The position numbers were made by a program, and so were the translations under genes. Below, one piece after another: positions 18,801 to 28,301 of a stretch of 29,552 nucleotides of DNA. The stretch lies in IMG/VR virus record IMGVR_UViG_3300006737_000119, positions 1-29,552 of that record, one strand, 5' to 3'. Source of the stretch: a virus. Taxonomy: Duplodnaviria; Caudoviricetes. Numbering within the stretch: position 1 is the stretch's first letter; every line of letters starts with the position of its first letter. The notes under the pieces are model-generated. The model was not told the DNA's origin and searched no databases. It saw nothing but the letters and a program-made list of their open reading frames with translations.

Positions 18801-19991
18801 TTATTTTCGTTTTTTAAATTTAAACGTTGAGTTTGTTCTACTGTCTTCACCTACTACTCTAAACTTTACTCCAGAAGTATTTATAGCTTCTTCGTGAGAT
18901 TGTCTAGGTTCCATACTTATGTTTTTAGATTTAGCAACGCTATCTTTTAAAGCGTCAGCTTTACCTTGTTCATAAAAATGATTCGCTATAACATCAGCGT
19001 TCATAGCGGTAAAAAGACTTTTGTGATAACCAGCAGCATCCTCCATTTGACTTTCTTTGTTCAAAAACTTTTTGACAAAGTTATTAATATCACTTTGAGA
19101 TTCTTTTGTTTGGTTAGGATCTTTAACATTAAACCTATAGGTTTTTTCTCCGACTTTATATTCAAAACCTTTGAATCCATCATTAAACACCTCGTTAGTT
19201 TTGTTTAAAAACCTATCCTTTGCTTGTTCTTGTGTCTTTTCAGTAACTTTAGACTCTTCGTTATATCTATTGAAAAAATCAATCGCCTTCTGTTGTTCAC
19301 TAGTTAATTTACTTCCAGCTTTAATTTCTTCGTAATATTTGGATTTCATCTCTTCCAATTGAGTTTTAGCGCTGGCAACTTGCTCTTTTAACGCTAGTTT
19401 TTTTCTTTTAATATCTTTTTCCTCATCAACCTCTTCATCGAAAGAAAATCTATCTTCCATCATAAACTCAATTTCATCTGGTTGTAAATGAGGTTTTGTG
19501 TTTTTATAATATTCTTTTAGTAAAGTTAAGTTATCCATTTCACTGTAATCAGTGTTTAACTTTACGTAATCATTTATATCTCCACCCGTGTCGTTCATGA
19601 AGTTTAAAAGCTTGTTAATTCCCTCTGGGTATTTTGGAGCAGTATCAACTTCTTGTTTAACTGGTGTAGGTTTTTCTACTTTAGTTTGTTCTGTTACTTC
19701 TTCTAAAACGGGTGTATCTTGGTTTTCAACCTCTTTTGTTTTAACTTCCTTTTGTTCCTCTTGCGGTTCTTCAGGAACTTTAATTTCTTCAACTGTTTTA
19801 GTTGTATCAACCTTAACAATATCTTCTGCTTTTTTAGCAAGTTCTTTAAGATCTACCTTCGTGACACCATCAGAAGGTTTTTCAAACTTTTTCATTTTAG
19901 GTTTTTTAACCTTTAACTTTTCGACTTTTTCGTCTACTTTTGGTTTTTCAGGGGCTGGTGTAGCCACCGTTTCTTTTGTTTTTTTTGCCAT
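18801..19991 (-). CDS. Putative capsid scaffolding/assembly protein (396 aa)
   Basis: Lies between portal and MCP. Disordered Lys/Glu/Pro-rich N-terminus followed by a highly charged helical region. Confidence 0.6.
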   Translation of the reverse strand: MAKKTKETVATPAPEKPKVDEKVEKLKVKKPKMKKFEKPSDGVTKVDLKELAKKAEDIVKVDTTKTVEEIKVPEEPQEEQKEVKTKEVENQDTPVLEEVTEQTKVEKPTPVKQEVDTAPKYPEGINKLLNFMNDTGGDINDYVKLNTDYSEMDNLTLLKEYYKNTKPHLQPDEIEFMMEDRFSFDEEVDEEKDIKRKKLALKEQVASAKTQLEEMKSKYYEEIKAGSKLTSEQQKAIDFFNRYNEESKVTEKTQEQAKDRFLNKTNEVFNDGFKGFEYKVGEKTYRFNVKDPNQTKESQSDINNFVKKFLNKESQMEDAAGYHKSLFTAMNADVIANHFYEQGKADALKDSVAKSKNISMEPRQSHEEAINTSGVKFRVVGEDSRTNSTFKFKKRK

Positions 19992-20021
19992 AATAAAATA
20001 ATATTAAATAATTAGTTGTTT

Positions 20022-22445
20022 TTACTTAGGTTCAAAAGCGCCTAACCTCATGCCTCCACCAATAACGTCGTTACCAGAAGATTCAAAACCTTTTTTAGCT
20101 ATTTGTTTAGTTAAGTCACTTTCTAACTTTTGATCTTCCATTTGAGACTTATGTTGCATCTGTCCAGCTTCTCTCATGTCTTTACGATCTTCTTTTTGAT
20201 TTTCTCTTTGTTGTATCATTTGTAGTTCCATTTCCTTCATTTTCATATTTAACATGAATTCATGGTCCATTAAAGCTTTTTTAACTTCTGCTTCTGTATG
20301 AAGTTTACCTTTTGCTATTTCTCCTTTTTGCATCTCTAATTGAATTTCGTTTTGTAGAGCTGCTTGATTTTTCTGCATCTCAGCTTGAGCTGCTGCTTGA
20401 GATTGTTGAGCGTTAGCCTCTGCTTGCGCTTTCATATTCTCTTGCTGCATCTTCTGGTCTTTCTCCATTTTCTTCTTTCTTCTAATCTTTAAAAGTTGAT
20501 TTGCAAGTTTTATATTTTTTATTTCTCTTAAATCAATTACATCTTCTAAATCTATAGTTTGTTGAGAAAGCGCTGTTTGTATATTGTTTTCTAATAATTG
20601 CTTTTCTTCTTCGTCTGGTGCTAATTCTAAAAATATACCAAAATCATACAAATGTAAATCGGACATCTCTTCTAGTGTAGCCACATTATGAGCGCCTATA
20701 GCTTGTATAAAAGCGCTTTTAGTAGGTGAATATTCTACAATATCTGATATTCTTAAAGATAACTGCTCGGCTATACTTTGTGTTATAAACGCACCACCTT
20801 GTAATATGTGTCTTGTAGCGGTGTTACTATTAGCTGCTGCTAGCTTTTGAATACCAACTAAAGATTTAGGATCTGGAGTACTAGCGTCTGTAGCTTCGTT
20901 TAATCCGGTTGTATCTCTAATCATCTGTAAGTAATAATTATAAGTTTGAATTAAACTTTGCATTTTAGCTCCACCTCCTGATTGTATTTCTTGAATAGGT
21001 ATTTTACCGGCATTCTGATCCCCATCAGCCGTGTAAGATCTACCAATAATACTACCAGTTTGGAAGAACATATTTAAGGCCTCTTGTGGGTTGTAATTAG
21101 TTCCATTACCTAAATCTATCTCTGCTAAACCATCAGCATCTAAATAAATACCATCAGGTATCATACGTGACATAACTTGTTGTAACTTTAAATGTGTTAA
21201 CTGTATCATATCAGCAAAGCCAGTTATTCTACTTACTAAACTCTCTATTCGACCGTCATACATTCTAGGTGCAACTATAGAATAATTCATTTTAACTTTA
21301 GTAAAATCACTTTTAGGACGCATCATATTTTTTGACATGTTCCACTTAAGTAGCTTGTTAGTTCCCAATATTAAAGCACCTTCATATAAACACTCTATCT
21401 TTCTACTTAGTCTACTAAACCTTTCTTCGTTTTCTGGTGGATTAAAATTATCATCTTTTTCAATAATTTTCTCACCACCGCTCCCAACTTGTTTTACCTT
21501 ATAAACCTCATTTTTAAATGTTTTGTAGTTGAAGTATAATATGTCTACTTTGTTTTTATCTTCATCTACATTCGTTTTACGGTTACCGTACCTATAATTA
21601 TACTTATAATTACTTTGAGATATTTCTTCTATCTCATCGTTTGTTATATCTGGAAACTGTTTTATTAATTCGTTTATAGGTATTGATTTTACTTCTCCAA
21701 CGTAATATATATCTTCAAAATAAGGGGAATCTGTGTAAGAATAAACTAAATTAGCCGGATCAACATAGTCTACAGTTACACCCTCTGCAGTATTAAAAGA
21801 TGTTTTAGCCGCGCCAATACCACAAACCGCCAAATCGTATATTATTCTTCTTCTATTTAAATCATACTTATTTCCGTCTAATAAAACTTCTAAAGCTTGC
21901 TCTTGAGCTATTTCAACAGCTTGCTTGTAACTTATACTCATATGAAGATCTAACTCTTCCTGCGTGTCTGGAATTTCAGCTTCTTCGTTTTGAGTAAAAT
22001 CCATGTTTAATAGATTTTTAGCCATTTGATCAAATTCTTTAGCAGCCATATCATTTAATATAGACTCCATGTATTTAGTTCTTTTTTCAACACCAAAAGG
22101 ATCTTGTGAGTAAGCTTTTAAAGAATATTGTCTTTCTGATATTCCATTAACAACTATATCTACAAACTTAGGTATAATTGGAACAGGTTTCCAATCTAAA
22201 TTTAAATAACTTAAATCTCCATTTATAGATAATTCATCTTTATATTTCTGTATTGACTGTTCACCTCTAGCGTATAATCTTAGTCTGTGAAAATTATTAG
22301 AATGATTAGAATATCTATTATTTCCATTTCTCTCTAAGTCAAACCATTCTGCCTGTATAGCCTTAGCAACATCTAAACCATATTCGTAAGATGCTTTTTC
22401 TTTATCGCTAACTATTTGACTTGGAAAATTATGATTACCTCTCAT
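20022..22445 (-). CDS. Portal protein (807 aa)
   Basis: Directly after the terminase. WKPVPIIPKFVDIVVNG and MIRDTTGLNEA blocks plus a long Gln/Met/Lys coiled-coil C-terminus (P22-like barrel). Confidence 0.85.
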   Translation of the reverse strand: MRGNHNFPSQIVSDKEKASYEYGLDVAKAIQAEWFDLERNGNNRYSNHSNNFHRLRLYARGEQSIQKYKDELSINGDLSYLNLDWKPVPIIPKFVDIVVNGISERQYSLKAYSQDPFGVEKRTKYMESILNDMAAKEFDQMAKNLLNMDFTQNEEAEIPDTQEELDLHMSISYKQAVEIAQEQALEVLLDGNKYDLNRRRIIYDLAVCGIGAAKTSFNTAEGVTVDYVDPANLVYSYTDSPYFEDIYYVGEVKSIPINELIKQFPDITNDEIEEISQSNYKYNYRYGNRKTNVDEDKNKVDILYFNYKTFKNEVYKVKQVGSGGEKIIEKDDNFNPPENEERFSRLSRKIECLYEGALILGTNKLLKWNMSKNMMRPKSDFTKVKMNYSIVAPRMYDGRIESLVSRITGFADMIQLTHLKLQQVMSRMIPDGIYLDADGLAEIDLGNGTNYNPQEALNMFFQTGSIIGRSYTADGDQNAGKIPIQEIQSGGGAKMQSLIQTYNYYLQMIRDTTGLNEATDASTPDPKSLVGIQKLAAANSNTATRHILQGGAFITQSIAEQLSLRISDIVEYSPTKSAFIQAIGAHNVATLEEMSDLHLYDFGIFLELAPDEEEKQLLENNIQTALSQQTIDLEDVIDLREIKNIKLANQLLKIRRKKKMEKDQKMQQENMKAQAEANAQQSQAAAQAEMQKNQAALQNEIQLEMQKGEIAKGKLHTEAEVKKALMDHEFMLNMKMKEMELQMIQQRENQKEDRKDMREAGQMQHKSQMEDQKLESDLTKQIAKKGFESSGNDVIGGGMRLGAFEPK

Positions 22446-22446
22446 A

Positions 22447-24663
22447 TTATTTTTTAATTAATTTAGACATACCACCTTTATTTGAATATTTAGCGATATT
22501 TATATTTAGTTTTGGTTTCTCTACTTTTGCGTTAGGCACGTATAAATGTCTATTACACGCCATTATAGCAAGACCAGAGCTTATTGTTGCGTCAAACTTA
22601 GTTCTTTTCGTTATATCAAATCTACCCCAATCGTTTAACGTTCTGTTAAAATATATATTACCATAGTTACCATCACCCATATTTCCTACGTGTTGCTGTA
22701 TATACATTTCTATTGCCGCGGCATGAGCCTGTTTTATATCTTCACTTGAGTTTGGTATGCCACCTATTTCTTTTTCTGTTACTGATAGTTTGTTCCACAC
22801 TTTATCAGGTCTATTCATAGAATAACCTCTATAGCCTCTTCTTCTTAAGTAATATAACAATCTAGGTTTGTTATTCTCCGCTAATATTGGCATTCCGTAA
22901 AATACTAAAGACATTAGCACGTCTTCAAAAAATATCTCAGCGGTTTGTGGTCTAGCTATATATTCTAAAAAGAAGTGATTAGGTGGAGCATCTTCCATAC
23001 TAAATTTAGTTAAACCGTGTAAAGCTCCATTGGATCCTCTTCCATCTACCGTTCCTGATATATCATAACTATCACAACCAAAAGCGCCCATGTGCTCATT
23101 AGCCGGATATTTTATTCCGTTTTTAACAAATATTCTATTCTGCATGTTACTTTGTGGAACCCAACTTATTTTAAATCTACCTTTTGGGTCTGGATAAAAC
23201 ATAACTTGTGTATCTTTTATACCGTTAACCCATTGAAAATTACCAGTACTTATATTACCTTGAGCCCCTACACCTTCGTTGTAATCTATTTGTTCGTATA
23301 TTTTAACTAAGTTAAATATACTATTTTTAGCCTCATCTCTAAACGCGTGTTCTGTAGTTCTTGGAAATTGTCTATAAAACTCATTTAACGCATCGTGATC
23401 TTGCTTTAAACCCTCTACTTCGTTCTCCCAATGCTCTATAATTCCTATATCTATTAATTCTCCATCTGGGTCGAGCACATCATCACTTGGATTATCAAAA
23501 ACTGGATGTCCGTATTCATCAATAAATCCCTCGTAGTTCCACTCCATTGGGATAAAGAGAGAATATAAACCAGACTTTGTCTGTCCATTTCTATTTCTTT
23601 TAGTGACATCTGAATCATTATAAAGCTTTTTAAAGTTATCCCCTCCTTTATCTAAAGCATTAGATGTTGATCCCATCATGCATTTACCAACTATTCTACT
23701 ACCTAGTCTTAAACAGGTTTTTGTAACTCTCCAGTTGTTTAATATATTATCTGGTCTTTCCCACTTGCCGCTTTCATCGTGAACTAATAAATTAAGTTTT
23801 TCACCGTCATAGCTATTGTCTCCTGTATTTTTCCAATCAATAGTTGTGTCTAATCCTTTAATATCTTCGAGTCGCTCATTCGCCGTAATTTTCTTTCTCG
23901 TAAACTTACTAGCGGGAACACGATAAGCCAACTCGGATTTTGGACGATCCATTCCATCTTGTATAGGTTTAAAAAAGAACGGATAATTAATTGATATAGG
24001 AACAACTTTATCTGTAAACATTTTTTTAGCATCAGCACCTGTTTTTGATAATATACCATATCTACTATCACTTGATATTGTGGCTAAATTAACTGTTTCT
24101 GCACTTGACATAAAAGAAAATCCAGAACGTCTATTTTTAAGATAACACATTCCATAACATCTTTTATCTGCCTTACAAGCCTCCCAAAATATAAAAAACA
24201 ATCTATTTGCTTCTCTAAAATCAGGGGCACCAACGTCAATTTTACTCCACTGTAGATACATGTAGTGTGTACCTGTTATCCAAGTTGGTTTGTTTTTATT
24301 TACAAACCAAAAACCTTCTTCTCTATATTTAAACTCACTATCAATATAGTCGTACCACTGTTCTTTTTGTTCATCTGGATAACCCCTCCAATCAAAGATA
24401 TTTTTAATCCTTTCAAGCTCTTTAGGATACTCTTGCTTTACCCATTTATTTTTAGGGTGCTTATATATTTCTTTAGGCGCTTTAGGTAAAGCTATGACTA
24501 AATTTTGTATTTCTATAATCTCACCTATCACACCGTTACGAGATAGTACGATTAAATCATGTTCCTTATTATACCCATACTTCCATTTTTTACCTCGATT
24601 CATTCTAGTAATCGTGGTTCTTTTAATGGGCTCTATAGTTTTAACTAACTTTTGCTCGTGCAT
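22447..24663 (-). CDS. terL: Terminase large subunit (738 aa)
   Basis: Walker A-type YLKNRRSGFS, Walker B LLVHDESGKW, coupling motif MGSTSN, and a C-terminal RNase H-like nuclease region (AFGCDSYD, LAENNK, FDATISSGLA). Confidence 0.92.
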   Translation of the reverse strand: MHEQKLVKTIEPIKRTTITRMNRGKKWKYGYNKEHDLIVLSRNGVIGEIIEIQNLVIALPKAPKEIYKHPKNKWVKQEYPKELERIKNIFDWRGYPDEQKEQWYDYIDSEFKYREEGFWFVNKNKPTWITGTHYMYLQWSKIDVGAPDFREANRLFFIFWEACKADKRCYGMCYLKNRRSGFSFMSSAETVNLATISSDSRYGILSKTGADAKKMFTDKVVPISINYPFFFKPIQDGMDRPKSELAYRVPASKFTRKKITANERLEDIKGLDTTIDWKNTGDNSYDGEKLNLLVHDESGKWERPDNILNNWRVTKTCLRLGSRIVGKCMMGSTSNALDKGGDNFKKLYNDSDVTKRNRNGQTKSGLYSLFIPMEWNYEGFIDEYGHPVFDNPSDDVLDPDGELIDIGIIEHWENEVEGLKQDHDALNEFYRQFPRTTEHAFRDEAKNSIFNLVKIYEQIDYNEGVGAQGNISTGNFQWVNGIKDTQVMFYPDPKGRFKISWVPQSNMQNRIFVKNGIKYPANEHMGAFGCDSYDISGTVDGRGSNGALHGLTKFSMEDAPPNHFFLEYIARPQTAEIFFEDVLMSLVFYGMPILAENNKPRLLYYLRRRGYRGYSMNRPDKVWNKLSVTEKEIGGIPNSSEDIKQAHAAAIEMYIQQHVGNMGDGNYGNIYFNRTLNDWGRFDITKRTKFDATISSGLAIMACNRHLYVPNAKVEKPKLNINIAKYSNKGGMSKLIKK

Positions 24664-24941
24664 TATTTCGATCTACCTTCTGCGAATCCTTTAAAAGTAG
24701 TTTGTTTTTTCTCTTCAGGCGCCTTGCCTTCAAGTAAGTTTTCTTCTTCTTGGATTCTATTGAGTATTTCAAACGCATCGAATATTGCTAGTTTTTTTGT
24801 AGCCGCAGCGTTTTTTAACCTGTCAGCACTAACATCATCTTCTGTATTTGTAATTATTTTTTCTTTAGCAACATTAATCAATTCTTCAACTGCTTTATGC
24901 CCAGCTTGGATTATAAGTTTCTTCGTTTCCTTCGTATTCAT
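24663..24941 (-). CDS. Probable terminase small subunit or conserved helical protein (92 aa)
   Basis: Small helical protein whose stop overlaps the terL start (TAATG). The assignment is positional only. Confidence 0.45.
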   Translation of the reverse strand: MNTKETKKLIIQAGHKAVEELINVAKEKIITNTEDDVSADRLKNAAATKKLAIFDAFEILNRIQEEENLLEGKAPEEKKQTTFKGFAEGRSK

Positions 24942-25476
24942 ATTTAATTGTAATAAATTTTGTCATAACTCTATATAGTCTTTGCCCGTCAATCACAAAC
25001 TCATATTCAGAGTTTGGTGTAAAACCTATTAGTTCTTCCTTTTCGTAAGAACCATCTGTGTATTTAATAATACCTACTAAAGGTCTTTCTTGCTCTACGT
25101 TAAATTTGTCTTTAGATTTTAACGGTTGTACAAAACAATAACCTTTTAACGCTTGCCAATCCTTGTTTCTTTTGTATAAAAATATTTGATCTTCTTTTAC
25201 AAGATAAGTATTCTCGTTAAAAAAACTTCTACTATTCTTTTCTTTACCTTTTATATCGTGCCAACGTCTAAATACGTTGTGATGCGTTACAATAGTGTCT
25301 CCAGGTTTTATATCTGTTTTAAAAGCTGTAGGAATAGATTTAACAATAGCTTCTCTATTTACAAACTGATGGTTATATATCTCCGTGTTAAGTATAAGAT
25401 TTTTTTCACCAACTTTTTTAGCGTTATTGTATCTATTACCTTTTGGCTCTATAACAAAGTCAAAAGGCGCTCTCAT
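24895..25476 (-). CDS. GroES-like co-chaperonin, apparently two tandem domains (193 aa)
   Basis: DIKPGDTIV...YLVKEDQIF resembles GroES DVKVGDIVI...LIMSESDIL. The second half LKGYCFVQPL...VGIIKY...IGFTPNSEYEFVIDGQRLYRV repeats the pattern. Confidence 0.6.
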   Translation of the reverse strand: MRAPFDFVIEPKGNRYNNAKKVGEKNLILNTEIYNHQFVNREAIVKSIPTAFKTDIKPGDTIVTHHNVFRRWHDIKGKEKNSRSFFNENTYLVKEDQIFLYKRNKDWQALKGYCFVQPLKSKDKFNVEQERPLVGIIKYTDGSYEKEELIGFTPNSEYEFVIDGQRLYRVMTKFITIKYEYEGNEETYNPSWA

Positions 25477-25697
25477 TAGTATTCTAAATTATACTCTATA
25501 GATATCGCCATGTTCTTATTGAAATCTTTCCATGGTAACACATCATTGTTTTTTCTAATATATATAGAGTATTTATCGTCTTCCTCTATAATGTCTGATA
25601 TAGTATGACCACCGTAAACCTCTTGACCTACAGAATAATGCATAGCATCATTTTTATAATCTTTACCTACAGTAATTTTTCTAATTAACTTACTCAT
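25476..25697 (-). CDS. Hypothetical protein (73 aa)
   Basis: Overlaps both neighbours (ATGAGTAA and TAATG junctions) on the coding strand. Confidence 0.7.
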   Translation of the reverse strand: MSKLIRKITVGKDYKNDAMHYSVGQEVYGGHTISDIIEEDDKYSIYIRKNNDVLPWKDFNKNMAISIEYNLEY

Positions 25698-25968
25698 TTC
25701 TATTGTAATTTATAGTACCATCTTTAATATTAACATCACTCGTTCCGTAAGTTTTTTCTATATCATCTCTTAACAAAGCCATTTGATTATGAAAATTATC
25801 AACGTAACGTATTAATTGATTTTTTTTAACCTCTAAAGAACCTATTTCTAATTGAGCTTGGTTAATATCTTTAATGATACTTTGTATTTTATTTAATTCT
25901 TCGTTTGTAACTTTTGAAGGTTTTTCACCTCTTAATTCTTTAATTTTTTTACTTGTGTTTTTTGCCAT
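25690..25968 (-). CDS. Hypothetical coiled-coil protein (92 aa)
   Basis: A-rich start context (AAAATTAAATAAAATG) and a heptad-like central helix. Confidence 0.65.
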   Translation of the reverse strand: MAKNTSKKIKELRGEKPSKVTNEELNKIQSIIKDINQAQLEIGSLEVKKNQLIRYVDNFHNQMALLRDDIEKTYGTSDVNIKDGTINYNRNE

Positions 25969-25991
25969 TTTATTTAATTTTAATTAATTAT

Positions 25992-26705
25992 TTATAACCC
26001 GTGTTCACTTATTAAGTGGTTTTCTATATTAGTGAGTTCAGTTGAGCTACATAGTTTTTCATACAATAAAAACTCATATATTGTCCCATCAAAATCTCTA
26101 TCAGGACCACTAGATCTTCCACCAAACTGATTTGCTACAAAAACTCCACTAGCAACAGGGTTTCCAGAAGAACTAGCCTGAGTTAATACACTTCCGTTTT
26201 TTCTTACTACTAGGTTTCTACTACTATCTTTTGTTATAGTAATTAGGTACTTTGTACTTAAAGGAAAGTTACCGCTACTTGCAAATTTTAACACAGCCGT
26301 TGTACCTGTTTGTCTATATCTAATTTGATCAGCGCTTTGCATTTCTAAAAATCTATCATTAGAAGATGAAGAAAAACCTAATATACAGTTTTGCGTATCA
26401 TAACTCTGCATATTTAACACTATAAATACTGTCCATGGGTTACTACCACCTATATCTATACCTGTGGTTATATCGTAATGATCATTGTTATCTCCCTCAA
26501 ATTGCAACCCACCATCTGCTACAGTTGCTTGATCTCCACCTGTGCTCTGCGTGATGTGATTGTCGTTGCCAGAAGAATCGTCCCATTGAGCGCTCGTGAC
26601 TCCCACTCCATTATCAAGCCAAAGACTTAGATCGCTAACTTGAGATGGTGAAAACGTATCTTCTAATGCTGCTCCTCCTGTAATTGTATTTCCTAATCCT
26701 AACAT
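25992..26705 (-). CDS. LamG/concanavalin A-like domain virion protein (237 aa; start revised to 26705)
   Basis: MLGLGNTITGG start lies 1 nt after the upstream stop (TAATATG). LSLWLD...QWDDSSGNDNH, LQFEGDNND and FDGTIYEFLLYEK are LamG-like signatures. Confidence 0.75.
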   Translation of the reverse strand: MLGLGNTITGGAALEDTFSPSQVSDLSLWLDNGVGVTSAQWDDSSGNDNHITQSTGGDQATVADGGLQFEGDNNDHYDITTGIDIGGSNPWTVFIVLNMQSYDTQNCILGFSSSSNDRFLEMQSADQIRYRQTGTTAVLKFASSGNFPLSTKYLITITKDSSRNLVVRKNGSVLTQASSSGNPVASGVFVANQFGGRSSGPDRDFDGTIYEFLLYEKLCSSTELTNIENHLISEHGL

Positions 26706-26706
26706 A

Positions 26707-27477
26707 TTAAGGTTGTGTTGTGTTAAATCCTGCTGTTCCTTGTAAGGTTGCATGGTGTCCATTACCACTGCTATCTAAAGCATTACCTTCAAACTGATAG
26801 TAACCTATTAACCCGGCTGGAGTATAAACATGCTCGTTATTATATAAATATGTAGTTGTTAAATCTGGTATTACACCTCTATTGTACATCGCTCCTATAT
26901 CATTATCGGTTTTAACTGTATTGTAAATAGCTACTTGATCTAAAAAACCATCAACAAAACCACCACTAGCATCATCATTAGATCCTATTCTAGCTACGTC
27001 CACAACATCGCTTCCCCAATTACTTGTCTGCGCAACTGTTTCCTTAAGTGTTCCATTATAATATATTTTCACCTCTCCATCTCCCTCTCCACTGCTTGTC
27101 CACGTCATAGCTAAATGAATCCATCCCTGGTTTATATAATCACTATGACTAAAACTAGCCTCGTTGTAAGTAGCTTCCTTATAAGTACCCCCTAATCTAT
27201 AAACAGCTCTAAACTCCGTGTGGTTCTTTGCGTACTGTAAGGTCACGTTATTATTTGTGTCGTCATCCGCAATTCTTATTATATGTTGACTAGTAGCACC
27301 ATCGTTTTCTCTAATGTCTACCCATAAAGAAATTGTTCCGGACTCCATATTTACAGCAGATTTAAATCCACTTGGTAAATCAACATAATCACTATTACCA
27401 TCAAGTTCCAAACATTGATAACTCCCAAATATACCACATTCAGTTGTGGGTTGTGATCCTAACCCTAAACCTATCAT
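26707..27477 (-). CDS. LamG (Laminin_G_3)/concanavalin A-like domain virion protein (256 aa)
   Basis: LELDGNSDYV, GTISLWV, WIHLAMTW, VKIYYNG, GFLDQVAIYN and LIGYYQFEGNALDSSGNGHHATL form a classic LamG pattern. Confidence 0.85.
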   Translation of the reverse strand: MIGLGLGSQPTTECGIFGSYQCLELDGNSDYVDLPSGFKSAVNMESGTISLWVDIRENDGATSQHIIRIADDDTNNNVTLQYAKNHTEFRAVYRLGGTYKEATYNEASFSHSDYINQGWIHLAMTWTSSGEGDGEVKIYYNGTLKETVAQTSNWGSDVVDVARIGSNDDASGGFVDGFLDQVAIYNTVKTDNDIGAMYNRGVIPDLTTTYLYNNEHVYTPAGLIGYYQFEGNALDSSGNGHHATLQGTAGFNTTQP

Positions 27478-27863
27478 TATTCTCCTATGTAAGCTATTAA
27501 AGCACCTGTTTTTCCGTTACCTATTTCTACACTTGTCCATCTACCGTATATAGTTATACCTTTTGGAAAAGTATTAGAATTGTCTACTATTTGACCTAAC
27601 TCACCCTCTACAGCTGTTGCATTCGTAGCTGTTAAGTTATGAGCGGCAACATCAGTACCTATATATTGTATATTAGGATCTGTAGTATCAGCAGTTAGTC
27701 CACCAGCATTAGTAGCTAGTAATTCTAACTGTGTATCAGCTAAAAATGTAATTGCTACAAAAACCTTACCTGTTGGTGGTTTTATAGCGTTGTCAGCTGT
27801 GTCTGTAAAAACACTACCAAGCTGCCCAAAACCGTAACTTACTTCTGTTGAATTTATTCCCAT
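27477..27863 (-). CDS. Small beta-rich putative structural protein (128 aa)
   Basis: Coupled by TAATG junctions to the holin and the first LamG gene. Contains FVAITFL and FPKGITIYGRWTSV. The function is inferred. Confidence 0.5.
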   Translation of the reverse strand: MGINSTEVSYGFGQLGSVFTDTADNAIKPPTGKVFVAITFLADTQLELLATNAGGLTADTTDPNIQYIGTDVAAHNLTATNATAVEGELGQIVDNSNTFPKGITIYGRWTSVEIGNGKTGALIAYIGE

Positions 27864-28255
27864 TATTTTTTTACTTTTTCTAGTGATCTACCACCGAAGT
27901 AAGCTCCGATCACAGTTATTAATACTAATTGTAATAAGTCTACCCACGTGTCTTTTACTTCAAAAGCTAAAACACCAGCGTCGATAAATATCATCAATAC
28001 TGTTGATATAACTAGAAATATAAGAACTAGTGGTCTTATGTTTTTTGACAACCAAGAGTCGGATTTCATATCCATACCCCATCTGTTAGAAACCTCTTTT
28101 TGCATTTGAGCTTCGTAACCCATTATCATATCTTTAATCTTTTTTTCAGCTTCAAGCTTCTCTTCTTTAGAAGTGTGTAAGTTATCTATAACCCCACCTA
28201 CACTCTTTACTAAATCCGTAGCTCCACCTGAAAATATTTTTCCTAATATATTCAT
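27863..28255 (-). CDS. Holin, GTA_holin_3TM-like (130 aa)
   Basis: DSWLSKNIRPL followed by two hydrophobic helices and GAYFGGRSLEK, with a basic C-terminus. Confidence 0.8.
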   Translation of the reverse strand: MNILGKIFSGGATDLVKSVGGVIDNLHTSKEEKLEAEKKIKDMIMGYEAQMQKEVSNRWGMDMKSDSWLSKNIRPLVLIFLVISTVLMIFIDAGVLAFEVKDTWVDLLQLVLITVIGAYFGGRSLEKVKK

Positions 28256-28301
28256 ATTTATAATTTTTGATGAGGTGACGTTCCCTCATTTAACTTACCG
28301 C

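Noticed and set aside
23850-24071. 73-aa minus-strand alternate-frame ORF in terL
   Set aside because: Nested in the conserved ATPase region. terL is uninterrupted, with no sign of an intron, intein or homing endonuclease.
26706-26768. Track start at 26768 for the second LamG gene
   Set aside because: It would overlap the upstream gene by 62 nt. The ATG at 26705 gives a TAATATG junction and an MLGLG start that parallels its neighbour.
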